A stretch of 62,975 nucleotides of DNA, the filler included, from Octopus bimaculoides (lineage: Eukaryota): assembly GCF_001194135.2 (NCBI RefSeq). It is 5 parts of 4 records of this genome, joined end to end, with 100 filler letters (N's around TTAATTAATTAA, not from the genome) between each part and the next. Parts side by side here need not be neighbours in the genome. Positions count along the whole stretch, not along the records: positions 31,929 to 52,420 come from NC_068982.1; 4 more parts are not named here. One strand, given 5' to 3'. Shown here one piece after another: positions 36,483-47,167 of the stretch. A program made the position numbers and the translations under genes. The stretch's first letter is position 1. Each line of letters begins with the position of its first letter. A model generated the notes under the pieces. It was not told the DNA's origin. It worked only from the letters and a program-made list of their open reading frames with translations, and did not search any database.

Positions 36483-36745
36483 GTGCATTGGGTGTCTAAA
36501 AACTTTGTATAATTTCGCAATAGTTTGGTGACATTTTGTTTTATTCGTTGAGTTGCAACAAACGTAGCCTAACATTCAAAGTAGAGGCCATCGTGTTGTA
36601 CCGTCTGGAGATACCTTTCTGCCAGATGTTTGGTACCACGCTGATACCAGTTCTCGTCCTTCAAGGCGAAGAACTCTTTTACTGAGGCTTCTACCTCCTC
36701 TTCATTGATGAAGAGTCGCAAGCGCAGGAAGTGAGCCATGGATTG
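36483..36745 (-). mobile_element. mariner 3' end fragment
   Basis: Minus-strand MAHFLRLRLFINEEEVEASVKEFFALKDENWYQRG, followed by a TIR-like end. Confidence 0.7.
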
Positions 36746-36859
36746 AGAAAAATGATAATCTGAGGGAGATATTTTCCTGCAATCCTAATATAAGCAGTTG
36801 ATAAGCAAGGGTGAGCTTCCGGTTGCCAAACATATACGTTTCGAACACGTAGTGATGCT

Positions 36860-37350
36860 CTACATCTGATGAAATTATGAGGAATGATTCGCTACGAGTT
36901 CATTCCGGACGGTCGTACCATGGATGCCAACCTGCAACCCAAACAACGAATGTAGGCCATTTTGCAGAAAAAAATACCCGGTCTTCGTTAGCACAAAATG
37001 AGCTCTTCTACAGCAAGACAAAGCAAGTCCACATACCGCTTGAGCGACCCGGAATAAACTCCAGAAACTTGATGGAATTGAACTAATACCACACCCAGCA
37101 TTTAGTCCGGACCTAGCTCCCTCGGATTATTGCTTGTTCCGATACATGACTCGCTTCCTGAGCTCGCGACACTTCATCAACCAAAAGGAAGCGGAAGCTT
37201 TATTTAAGGAGTTTTTCGAAGAGGGATTAACGAATCGGCAGAAAGGTGGTTTCAGACTGTGTAATACGATGGCATCTACTTTGAAAACTAGGCTGCTTTT
37301 GTTGTCATTTGATGAATAAAACAAATAAGTTACCAAAATATTGTAACACT
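36860..37350 (+). mobile_element. mariner (DD34D) 3' fragment
   Basis: PHPAFSPDLAPSDYCLFRYMTRFLSSRHFINQKEAE. Confidence 0.8.
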
Positions 37351-37502
37351 TTTGACTCAACACCATATAATATGAAGCGTCCCCCATAAGCAATAGATAC
37401 ACGTCTTATTCAAGATATAGAATGACTCCTATGTTGAGCTCAACAAAAACGTAAAATATGGCATACTTTCTTATACTTGGTTTTACATGTACGATATATA
37501 AT

Positions 37503-37960
37503 GCATGCCAAGGAACTTCAAGGCTAATGAGTGCTGTTTAGTTTGACTATTTTACCAGTTGGCATTTATTAAGAAAAAATGGTTAGAGACAACTCCAGAG
37601 GGTAAGGTAACTCGGAAGGATAGAAATGAGCAAAAAATATTTGATGTAGGATCTGGGAAGTGTGAAATATAGCCTTGTTGACAAGGAGAGACAGGTCATG
37701 TGATGTGGACCTGAGCGCGGGTAGCTGATCCAGAAGAGCATTGGCTATTTTAGTAGTTGTACAATAACCCGAGAGAAAGAACATCATACTTGTGGGTCAT
37801 ATTTGTAGCCTAGTCGTATAAGTGAATCTTTGATAACTAAGCTGATCTTCCCGATGGTATCTCGGATGTTTGTGTGTTTAGAAGTATCGCTGTTCTAGAT
37901 ATGGGAACTTGTCTCGAGCTCAGAAGCAACTGATCGAAGTGGAAGTATTTTCAGATTCTG
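37503..37960 (-). mobile_element. Decayed LINE endonuclease fragment; about 200 bp directly repeated at 39461-39661
   Basis: 37503-37707 matches 39461-39661. Minus-strand LVNKA...PDPTSNI...SNHFFLI resembles CR1/Jockey APE motifs. Confidence 0.5.
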
Positions 37961-37994
37961 AAGTGGGTCCTTAGTCTCTGGTTTGCAACTGAGG

Positions 37995-38230
37995 CAATGT
38001 TATGCATACTCTTTTACTTGTTTCAGTCGTTTGACTGTGGCCATGCTGGTGCACCGCCTTTAGTCGAGTAAATCGACCCCAGGACTTATTCTTTGTAAAC
38101 CTAGTACTTATTCTATCGGTCTCTTTTGCCGAACATCTAGGTAAACATCTAGGTAAACATCTAGGTAAACACACAAGCATTGGCTGTCAAGCGATGTTGG
38201 GGAGGACAAACACAGACACACAAACACATG

Positions 38231-38266
<36 letters not shown>

Positions 38267-38267
38267 N
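37995..38267 (-). mobile_element. SINE family B, 3' half
   Basis: Reverse complement of the family B tail, with a short (catctaggtaaa)x3 expansion. Confidence 0.8.
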
Positions 38268-39741
38268 NNNNNNNNNNNNNNNNNNNNNNNNNNNNNNNNN
38301 NNNNNNNNNNNNNNNNNNNNNNNNNNNNNNNNNNNNNNNNNNNNNNNNNNNNNNNNNNNNNNNNNNNNNNNNNNNNNNNNNNNNNNNNNNNNNNNNNNNN
38401 NNNNNNNNNNNNNNNNNNNNNNNNNNNNNNNNNNNNNNNNNNNNNNNNNNNNNNNNNNNNNNNNNNNNNNNNNNNNNNNNNNNNNNNNNNNNNNNNNNNN
38501 NNNNNNNNNNNNNNNNNNNNNNNNNNNNNNNNNNNNNNNNNNNNNNNNNNNNNNNNNNNNNNNNNNNNNNNNNNNNNNNNNNNNNNNNNNNNNNNNNNNN
38601 NNNNNNNNNNNNNNNNNNNNNNNNNNNNNNNNNNNNNNNNNNNNNNNNNNNNNNNNNNNNNNNNNNNNNNNNNNNNNNNNNNNNNNNNNNNNNNNNNNNN
38701 NNNNNNNNNNNNNNNNNNNNNNNNNNNNNNNNNNNNNNNNNNNNNNNNNNNNNNNNNNNNNNNNNNNNNNNNNNNNNNNNNNNNNNNNNNNNNNNNNNNN
38801 NNNNNNNNNNNNNNNNNNNNNNNNNNNNNNNNNNNNNNNNNNNNNNNNNNNNNNNNNNNNNNNNNNNNNNNNNNNNNNNNNNNNNNNNNNNNNNNNNNNN
38901 NNNNNNNNNNNNNNNNNNNNNNNNNNNNNNNNNNNNNNNNNNNNNNNNNNNNNNNNNNNNNNNNNNNNNNNNNNNNNNNNNNNNNNNNNNNNNNNNNNNN
39001 NNNNNNNNNNNNNNNNNNNNNNNNNNNNNNNNNNNNNNNNNNNNNNNNNNNNNNNNNNNNNNNNNNNNNGATGTCTTCATATATATGAAGAATACCTGTT
39101 TACCTCATACCCACTTCAAGGAGACAACATTTCGACATTGTTAAGTAGCGTGTACGTTGTGTAGACATGGAATCAAAGTAAGTTTCAAATTTCTTGGTTT
39201 TTATCTTCAAGAGAGATAAAACGCCATTGCAATTCAGGAATATTCGGTAGATCTGGATGTTAGATAGATTTCAACTTCTGGTTCTTTGCAAAGGATCAGA
39301 ATTTCTGTAGTATCTTGGGAGGCAAGTGTGTTTGTACTCCATCCGTATACTAATACTTCCTTTCTTTCCTGCCTTGTAATCTTGTAGGTATTGTTGTGGT
39401 GGTAGGTTAATGTCTTATTGTTGGTAATCATGGTGAGTCAATGGATTCCTGTTAATGAATGCCAAGGTACCTCAAGGCTAATGAGTGCTGTTTTGTCTGA
39501 CTATTTTACCAGTTGGCATTTATTAAGAAAAAATGGTTAGAGAAAACTCTAGAGGGTAAGGTAACATGGAAGGATAGAAATGAGCAAACATATTTGATGT
39601 AGGATCTGGGAAGTGTGAAATATAGCCTTGTTGACAAGGAGAAACAGGTCATGTGATGTGGTGATGTTGATGACTTAAAGGTTCTCACTTGGTTATTGCG
39701 GGTTACTTTCTCTAGACTTTGTAACGAGTAAACATTACTTT

Positions 39742-40201
39742 TACGAAGTGGTATCAAAACGCTCCATAACTTGTTATGTTTAATAAAGAAAAGTAACTTA
39801 TTTACCTAAGTTTTAACATCATTTCCTTCGAAGTAGTCACCTTGCACAGCAATATACGGGTCCCAGCTTTCCTGCCAGTTTTGGAATCCAGCCTGGAAGT
39901 CGTTTTCCGTAAGCGAGTCGAGAACCTTCTGCAATTCGCTTTTGATCTTGACAACGGTGCTAAACGGTGACCTTTGAGCTGCAATTTAATCTTGGGGAAG
40001 AGACAAAAATCGAAGACTACAGCATGCACGTGATCACAAAAATACAGATTTAACAACTTGCGAAGTAAACACAGCGATGTCACTCGGCTCACTGCCTCAT
40101 GAAGGTTACTACTAGTTCTTCTCAATGCGCACACAACCGTATGCCGCCACCCGTTGGCGCGCTACAGAACTAGTCCGGGAACTGTTTGATATCATCTCGT
40201 A
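39742..40201 (-). mobile_element. Internally deleted mariner with both TIRs
   Basis: Left tacgaagtggtatcaaaacgctcc resembles the reverse complement of right ggaactgtttgatatcatctcgta. The interior encodes LFPKIKLQLKGHR...WKAGTRILLCKVTTSK, like 85-300. Confidence 0.7.
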
Positions 40202-40760
40202 AAACTACAAGACTATATGAATTGCCTGAATTCTGGTGGTGTAAATGATGCGAGGAAACATACCTAGCAGAATATTTTTCTTCACCCTCTTATGAGAATG
40301 TTAGTAGTGGTTGCAACGAAACAAATAATTTTCTAAAATAACACGTAGAAGAAAATAAAAAATACTGAACACTGATGCTGTCCTGTAGTCGAAAGCTACA
40401 ATTGATAGATATATTTTAAATATATAGTTAAAGAATGAGGGATATTATTCAAGACCTGATTATGTATTTATAATGAACCATGTAATTCAGCAATAACACA
40501 CACCCACGTGCAAACAAATAGAACTAAATAAAACATGTGCAAAGTCGTTCTCATTTGATTCAGAAAACAAAAAACAAGGCCCTGGCACCACAATATTTGT
40601 AATGGTGTTGTGAGTGTTTATTGAGCGAAAACACCTAAAGCTCCATGAGGCTCCGGCAGGGGATGGTGGCGAACCCTGCTGTACTCTTTCACCACAACTT
40701 TCTCTCACTCTTACTTCTTGTTTCTGTTGTCCCTGTAATTCAATGGGCCANNNNNNNNNN

Positions 40761-41090
40761 GCACCACAATATTTGTAATGGTGTTGTGAGTGTTTATTGA
40801 GCGAAAACACCTAAAGCTCCATGAGGCTCCGGCAGGGGATGGTGGCGAACCCTGCTGTACTCTTTCACCACAACTTTCTCTCACTCTTACTTCTTGTTTC
40901 TGTTGTCCCTGTAATTCAATGGGCCAGCCTTGTCACACTCTGTGTCACGCTGAATATCCCCGAGAACTACGTTAAGGGTACACGTGTCTGTGGAGTGCTC
41001 AGCCACTTGCACGTTAATTTCACGAGCAGGCTGTTCCGTTGATCTGATAAACTAGAACCCTCGACGTCGTAACTGACGGAGCGCCAACAA
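40761..41090 (+). mobile_element. SINE family C, 5'-truncated
   Basis: gtgagtgtttattgagcgaaaacacctaaagctcc...gagaactacgttaagggtacacgtgtctgtggagtgctcagccac matches 47168 and 51588. Confidence 0.8.
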
Positions 41091-41099
41091 TCCACTCGG

Positions 41100-41300
41100 T
41101 TGTCAATGGCTTGTCAGTAGAAATCACTGGGTCTTGACTCGAAGAATTCATCGAACCACGTCTTCAGCTTCACATTGTTGTGGAACGAAACGCCTCGTAG
41201 ATGGAGAGCGAACGGAAAAGGTAATAATTAGAAGACGCTACATCAGGAGAATACGATAGGTGTTGTAGAACTTTGAAACCGAGTTCATGAATTGGATTTT
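41100..41300 (-). mobile_element. mariner 3' fragment
   Basis: Minus-strand LSYSPDVASSNYYLFRSLHLRGVSFHNNVKLKTWFDEF. Confidence 0.7.
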
Positions 41301-41657
41301 GGTCAAATTAACGACGTTGGGGCTGAGTATTGTTATGTTGAAAGAGATGGCACTCCATCGCCATATATCAGAAAAGGGGTAAAATTTACTCAAATTCAAA
41401 AATGGTAAAAAAAATATTGTGGACGAAAAGTAGGGTTACAAAAAAAAAATTATAAAATATTACGATAAAAGTATTTTTTGCGCTAATTCGAATAACATTG
41501 GAAGGAAACGAAGAAATTCATCAAACAATGAAATATCAAATATAACGGAGAGTTTTCCTAGGTTTTGATTAAAACTTAAGGATAAAATGTTTTATTGAAA
41601 TTTAGATATGGAAATTTGAATGAAATGTTATTCTCATAGTTATATGCTTAATTAAGG

Positions 41658-41950
41658 AGAGGCGCTGGCAGAGTCGTTAGACCGTTGGGCAAAATGTTTT
41701 GCGGCATTTCGTCCGTCTTTATGTTCTGAGTTCAAATGTTGCCGACATCAACTTTGCCTTTCATCCTTTTGGGGATAATAAAATGAGTACCAGTTAAGTA
41801 CTGAGGTCGATTTAATCAATTGTCCCCTCCTCAAAAATTTCGGGCCTTGTGCCTAGAGTAGAAAAGAATAAAATAAGTACCAGTTGAGTTCTGAAGTCGA
41901 CGTAATCGACTTATTCTCTATCTTGCTGGCCTTGTGCCAAAATTTGGAAT
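41658..41950 (+). mobile_element. SINE family A copy with duplicated 3' part
   Basis: gcgctggcagagtcgttag...gagttcaaat...gcctttcatccttttgggg...aaatgagtaccagtt. Confidence 0.75.
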
Positions 41951-42239
41951 CAATATTAAAATAGAGCAAACTATTGGTGAAATATAAATGTTGACGACTC
42001 AGTGTAAAAAGCTGTAATATATATTTCAAAGCATCAATGAATGTTTAGTTTCTTTTCAATTCTTTGCTTAAATGAAAATATAAAAAATTATACAATTGTT
42101 AACAATAAAATATTGATTTAGAAACCATGAATAAAAAAATAAACTTTTTTTTTTCAATTTACATTGTTTTCTTTATTCAACAACTTCTATAAGAAAACTA
42201 TAAATATGGTAACAAGTCATATCTCGATAAACCGTGAAA

Positions 42240-42303
42240 ATGGAACGAATAATCATAGCCGCCCTCCTGACAATCTTTGTTTGCTGCTCGACCGCGTCGC
42301 CCG
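42240..42303 (+). CDS. S1A serine protease exon 1 (signal peptide MERIIIAALLTIFVCCSTASP)
   Basis: ATG 42240, hydrophobic signal peptide, donor g|gtaagt in phase 1 matching the next exon. Confidence 0.75.
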
Positions 42304-43154
42304 GTAAGTTATACTTGAAAATTATCTTTAATATTCTTTAAAACTATTCCTGTCTTTCACTGCTGTAGAGCACCAGAGAAGATCTCCTTCTGTTGACCAA
42401 GATGTTTATTTAAATCGCCAGCCTATTAACGTTGACGTTATTAGGTTGTTAGCGTTCATTATAGAGGTAGTCTGCAGAAAGGTTCACCAGCCCTGACTAC
42501 GGTGCCATATGCAGAGATAAATGTCGCAGCGTCTCGTCTACGTTTATTCTGATTCTGAGTTTAGTAATTCCGTCTCTGAAAAGGGTTTGTAAGGACCAGC
42601 TTAATGACCATTAGATCGCAGAGGAAGGGACGAATACTAAATATCTGGGTCTGTTACTAGCTGGGTACCGTTCTTGCAGTTGCTTTATTAGAAACGAACA
42701 GAATCTCATCCAGGCTAATCCTGTTCTTAATCAGTTGTGCAATAACGCTTTCTGCAACTATCATAACCTGGTTAAACAATTTAATGCCTGTTTCCCTCTA
42801 GAGTATTTGATTCTCTCTAGAGCATTTTGTTTGCTTTTGCAGTACTTAACTACCATATAACTACACAAATTATTGGGTATGGCATCTTGCTGTATCATTA
42901 TTTGACTATTTCCTTGGCTAGCATGTGCCTCGCTTTGCCAAATATCTTAATCATCTCAGCAAATCCCACCGACGAATCAGCTGCGGTCTATACATTTATA
43001 TATGTAATTATAGTTACAACCACACTAGATCAATTTAATGGCCGGTGCCTCTGCTGTTTCTACTCGGATAGATTCTTATTTCCCCATGCATTCACTACAT
43101 ACAAAGATTTCTCATAGTAACACTTCTATGCCTCATTATTTCTAGCGTGTCTGA

Positions 43155-43557
43155 AGGCGGCGAGCTGGCAGGAGCATTAGCATGCCGGGCGAAATGCTTA
43201 GCGGTAGTTCGTCTGTCTTTACATTCTGAGTTCAAATTCCGCCGAGGCCGACTTTGCCTTTCATCCTTTCAGGGGTCGATAAATTAAGTACCAGTTGCGT
43301 ACTGCGGTCGGGCTAATCGACTGGCCCTCTCTCCAAATATTTCGGGCCTTGTGCCTAGTCTAGAAAAGAATCGTTAGCACACCGGGCGAAATGTTAGGCG
43401 GTATTTAGTCTGTCTCCATGTCCTGAGTTCAAATGCCGCCGACGTCGACTTATCCTTTCAGGGTCGATAATTTAAGTACCAGTTACGCACTGGAGTCGCT
43501 GAAATTGTCTAGTCTCATCCCCCCCCAGAATTTCCGGCCTTGTGCCTATAGTAGAAA
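43155..43557 (+). mobile_element. Two tandem SINE family A copies
   Basis: Full copy at 43155-43372, followed directly by a second, partly deleted copy. Confidence 0.8.
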
Positions 43558-44257
43558 GTTTTATTTTCGGCGTCTCTTTATGATTTGCTATGCACTACTC
43601 AAAAATTGTATCTCAATTGTCTGTTGTACCCGGTCTTGCAATCTGGTGTATCTCATACCTGTGATCCTCATGTCACAAAACGTGACGTGCAAACCTTTTT
43701 CTTTTTGTCTCTCCCTTTGCTAAGAATATCCGACGCCTTGCTTCAATTCTGACTCCTTGATACTAATCTCTGCTTCTTTTCTACTGTTTATCCAAGATTG
43801 TCTCTTAGATTTATGGTTCAATCTATAGCAATATGCAACCTTGTTACTTCCACTAGTCACACATGGTTTGTAGATTATCTAGTAAAGAGTTCAATTTCCT
43901 ACCTATCAAGTACAAACTTTAATTTCCTTCCTATATCCTCTTCTCCACTTCCATATGCCTTAACAGGAGCTTCTCTGTATCTCCCATTAATAGGAAGCTC
44001 TTTCAACGTCGATATCTTCCTTCTTGAGTGATACGTATGCATCTGAATACATAAGGTAATTTCTCTATAGTTGCTAATTACGTAATGTGGAGTATTCGTT
44101 GATATGTAAAGTGTTAACTTTCATATTCATCTGCCTGTCTCGTTTCCTGATGGGCATACGGTCTACATCTGCCTCTCGTTTTGTTTTTAAATTTACTTGT
44201 TCAGTGTGTACTTTCTGAGTTGTAGAAATTACAGGCTTTTCTTTTCTTCCATTTCAG

Positions 44258-44402
44258 ATGAGCACATTGTTAGTGGATCTGATGCTGGACAGTGTGAGTT
44301 TCCTCACATGGCTTACTTAACAATTAAAATGAGAGGAAGTGAAACATTCTGTGGTGCGAGTCTGTTATCTGATAAATGGGTCTTGACTGCTGCCCATTGC
44401 CT
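44258..44402 (+). CDS. S1A serine protease exon 2 (DEH-IVSG...CGASLLSDKWVLTAAHCL; catalytic His)
   Basis: ttccatttcag acceptor, ct|gtaagt donor, TAAHC motif. Confidence 0.93.
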
Positions 44403-45031
44403 GTAAGTAGTTCTCAGTAAATTTTCTTCCCGTTACTTTTTATCTTCTACTTTTTATTTGTTTCAGCCATTGGAGTGCGGTCATTTTGTGGCAGTGTCTT
44501 AAAGAGTTTCTGTCGAGAAAATGAATCTCAGTACTTACGTCTGTCTTGTTTTAAAATCTAGCACTTATTCTATCGGTGTCTTTTGCCCAACTGCTAATTT
44601 GGGATGATGTAAACAAATCAACACTCACTTTCTAATTGTGGAGACGAGTAAACACAAATACATACAGACCGACACGCTAGATATTATATAGCTTGGTTTA
44701 AGAAGAGACAAAATTTAGATAATCATCCTATAGTATTGATTTACATCAACATAATAAATACATACAGCACAATGAATACACCAAGACAAAGAACATATCA
44801 ATATATTATTTAGAATAGAAAAAAGAAATATATGAGGTAAAAATATACGTGGAAAGGATAAATAAATGAAGAGATTAAAAATGTTGAATTAAGAATTAGA
44901 AACTATAAGATATATCGACGGTAGTGAGAAATATTAATGATGGATTTAAAAGTCAGAGAAATAACGAAGATAAATTTGTTTTAAGAGTTTTAAAGAAATG
45001 CTTATAGAGGGTTATATCACCATAGAAGATG

Positions 45032-45120
45032 TATTTCGACGGCCGTTTCTAGGGGCTATTTGTCTACAATGTAGGAATCTATTAATTTCACATTGACAAG
45101 GTACCCTTCATCAGGAAATA
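45032..45120 (-). ncRNA. Type I hammerhead ribozyme, family H1 (left arm)
   Basis: Minus strand: UAUUUC, CUGAUGA, AGGG.../...CCCU-A, GAA-ACGGCCGU-C, then GAAAUA. Predicted cut between 45038 and 45037. Confidence 0.75.
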
Positions 45121-45329
45121 AAGAAATAGATAGCAAGGTTTGAAGATATATAAGAGAAATGAGAATATGTTTACATTATGTTTGTCGTCTTCCATTATCC
45201 TACTCTAAAGATTTCTGTACATATATAAGTGTGAATCATGGTAAAAGTGGTCGGCACCTGATACAGTAGCCCACGAACAATATATTTTCCTTTCTATTAT
45301 ATTTCTTCAAACCTTGCTATCTATTTCCT

Positions 45330-45418
45330 TATTTCCTGAAGAAGGAGAAATTGTCAGTGTGAAATTAATGGATCCCTACATTGTAGACAAATGGACTCCG
45401 GAAACGGCCGTCGAAATA
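45330..45418 (+). ncRNA. Type I hammerhead ribozyme, family H1 (right arm, sense to protease intron)
   Basis: UAUUUC (45330-45335), CUGAAGA (45336-45342), A, GGAG/48-nt insert/CUCC, G, GAA plus palindrome ACGGCCGU, GUC site, then GAAAUA completing a 6-bp helix I. Predicted cut after 45412. Confidence 0.82.
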
Positions 45419-45854
45419 CATCTTATATGGTGATATAACCCACTATAAACATTTCTTTAAAACTCTTAAAACAAATTTATCTTCGTTATTTCTCTGAATT
45501 TTAAATCAATCATTAATATGTCTCACTACCGTCGATATATCCTATAATTTCTAATTTTTAATTCAACATTTTTAATCTTAAATTTATCATTTTTAATCGA
45601 TGTATCACTCTTCATTTAGTTATCTTTTCCACGTATATTTTTACCTCATATATTTTTTATTTCTATTCTAAATGATATATTGATATGTTCTTTGTCTTGG
45701 TGTATTTATTGCGTTGTATGTATTTATTATGTCGATGTAAATCATTACTATAGGNNNNNNNNNNNNNNNNNNNNNNNNNNNNNNNNNNNNNNNNNNNNNN
45801 NNNNNNNNNNNNNNNNNNNNNNNNNNNNNNNNNNNNNNNNNNNNNNNNNNNNNN

Positions 45855-45893
<39 letters not shown>

Positions 45894-46100
45894 CTTGTGT
45901 GTCTATGTTTGTCCCGCCAACATCGCTTGACAACCGATGCTGGTGTGTTTACGGCCCCGTAACTTAGCGGTTCGGCAAAAAAGACCGATAAAATAAGTAC
46001 TAGGCTTACAAAGAATAAGTCCTTGGGGTCGATTTGCTCGACTAAAGGCGTTGCTCGAGCATGGCCACAGTCAAATGGCAGAAACAAGTAAAAGAGTAAA
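45855..46100 (+). mobile_element. SINE family B, 3' half
   Basis: (GT)n, then gtttgtcccgccaacatcgcttgacaaccgatgctggtg...gaaacaagtaaaagagta. Confidence 0.8.
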
Positions 46101-46102
46101 GT

Positions 46103-46480
46103 TGTTACCTAAAATAACTTATCGCAGAATTATTATGTTCACACAGAACGCACTTCGTTCTACTCGAACGTAGGTACGATTTTAACCAACAAACGTCGCA
46201 CTAACACAGTAAACAATACGGTCGACCAACACTGTCAACTTCCACTGGCAGTTCACACAGTTCTTTATTTATTAAAATCCGTTAGTCCACTTCTAGTCAC
46301 GTGGGGGTATTCTAGATCCTCCCGCATCAACAGTCCTCTCAGCTCTAAAGGGGTTAAGTGTGGGATGTACTGGCGTCCCGTCGAGGAGGACTGTTCGCCA
46401 GCATGGCTAGCCTGTGGGTTGACGTCATTCCAAAGCTACAACAATGCCAGCAAGCGCATTGGGAATAACAATGTATAACA
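46103..46480 (-). mobile_element. Possible solo LTR
   Basis: TGTTA...TAACA termini and AATAAA on the minus strand. No target-site duplication found. Confidence 0.3.
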
Positions 46481-46538
46481 ACATCCATTAGCGTGGTCGA
46501 TGCAGAAAACGAGTCGTTCGGTATTATCTCCAACCAGC

Positions 46539-46635
46539 TTTAAAATCACCAAACGAAAGTAGATATTTTTCTATGTTATCAATTTATTCATCAATAAGAA
46601 AAACAGCTGTTGTGAACCTCTAAAATCCATTTGCG
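46539..46635 (+). ncRNA. Degenerate H3 hammerhead copy (core mutated)
   Basis: tttaaaa-tcac-caaacga-aagtag...aaacagctgtt-gtgaacc. CUGA is changed to CAAA and the 3' strand of helix II is lost. Confidence 0.45.
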
Positions 46636-46706
46636 TTATTATTTGAAACACGATTACATGTATAAGTAAAGATCTATTACTTAAATAAGTTTTACTTTTT
46701 ATTCAG

Positions 46707-46838
46707 TCCAGGACGTTGCAGTTCTGGAATTAACGAAACGAGCACCTCTCAGGGGATGTATTTCTCCAATTACTCTCCCTAATAAAGGAGATACCTATTA
46801 CAGTACCTGTACAGCCGTTGGATGGGGTCAAACTGGAA
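46707..46838 (+). CDS. S1A serine protease exon (QDVAVLEL...CTAVGWGQTG; catalytic Asp)
   Basis: tttttattcag acceptor, a|gtgagc donor, DxAxLxL and GWG motifs. Confidence 0.9.
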
Positions 46839-47167
46839 GTGAGCATTGAATTACATTTTTTAAAAATATCTGTATTTATTTTTCACACTGGAATATTTAC
46901 ATTCTTGTTATTATAATTTAAAAAAATATATTATCGGAAAATTCTAACAAATTTGCTTTCTGTTAGAAGATTTGCTTTTGAGGATGTAATTCTTTAGAAT
47001 TTATAATTTGATTGGTATTGATATTTGATATTTTATAGAAATTTTAATCTGTATGATTTTCTGTTTTATATAAATAGTGAACCTAAATTTATCGCTATGG
47101 AATAGTAACTATCAGTTGAATATTAACATTAAATTAAAATCTGAAAGTTGCTTCACGGCAGTGTATT

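Larger units (their letters stand above)
44727..45754. repeat. Long inverted repeat (arms ~44727-45168 and ~45281-45754) carrying a hammerhead in each arm
   Basis: Arms align by eye as reverse complements over about 440 bp, with scattered substitutions and a ~30-nt indel. Spacer about 110 bp. Confidence 0.9.

Noticed and set aside
40563-40950. Apparent ~170 bp tandem duplication across a 10-N gap
   Set aside because: Identical sequence on both sides of a minimal gap indicates an unmerged contig overlap.
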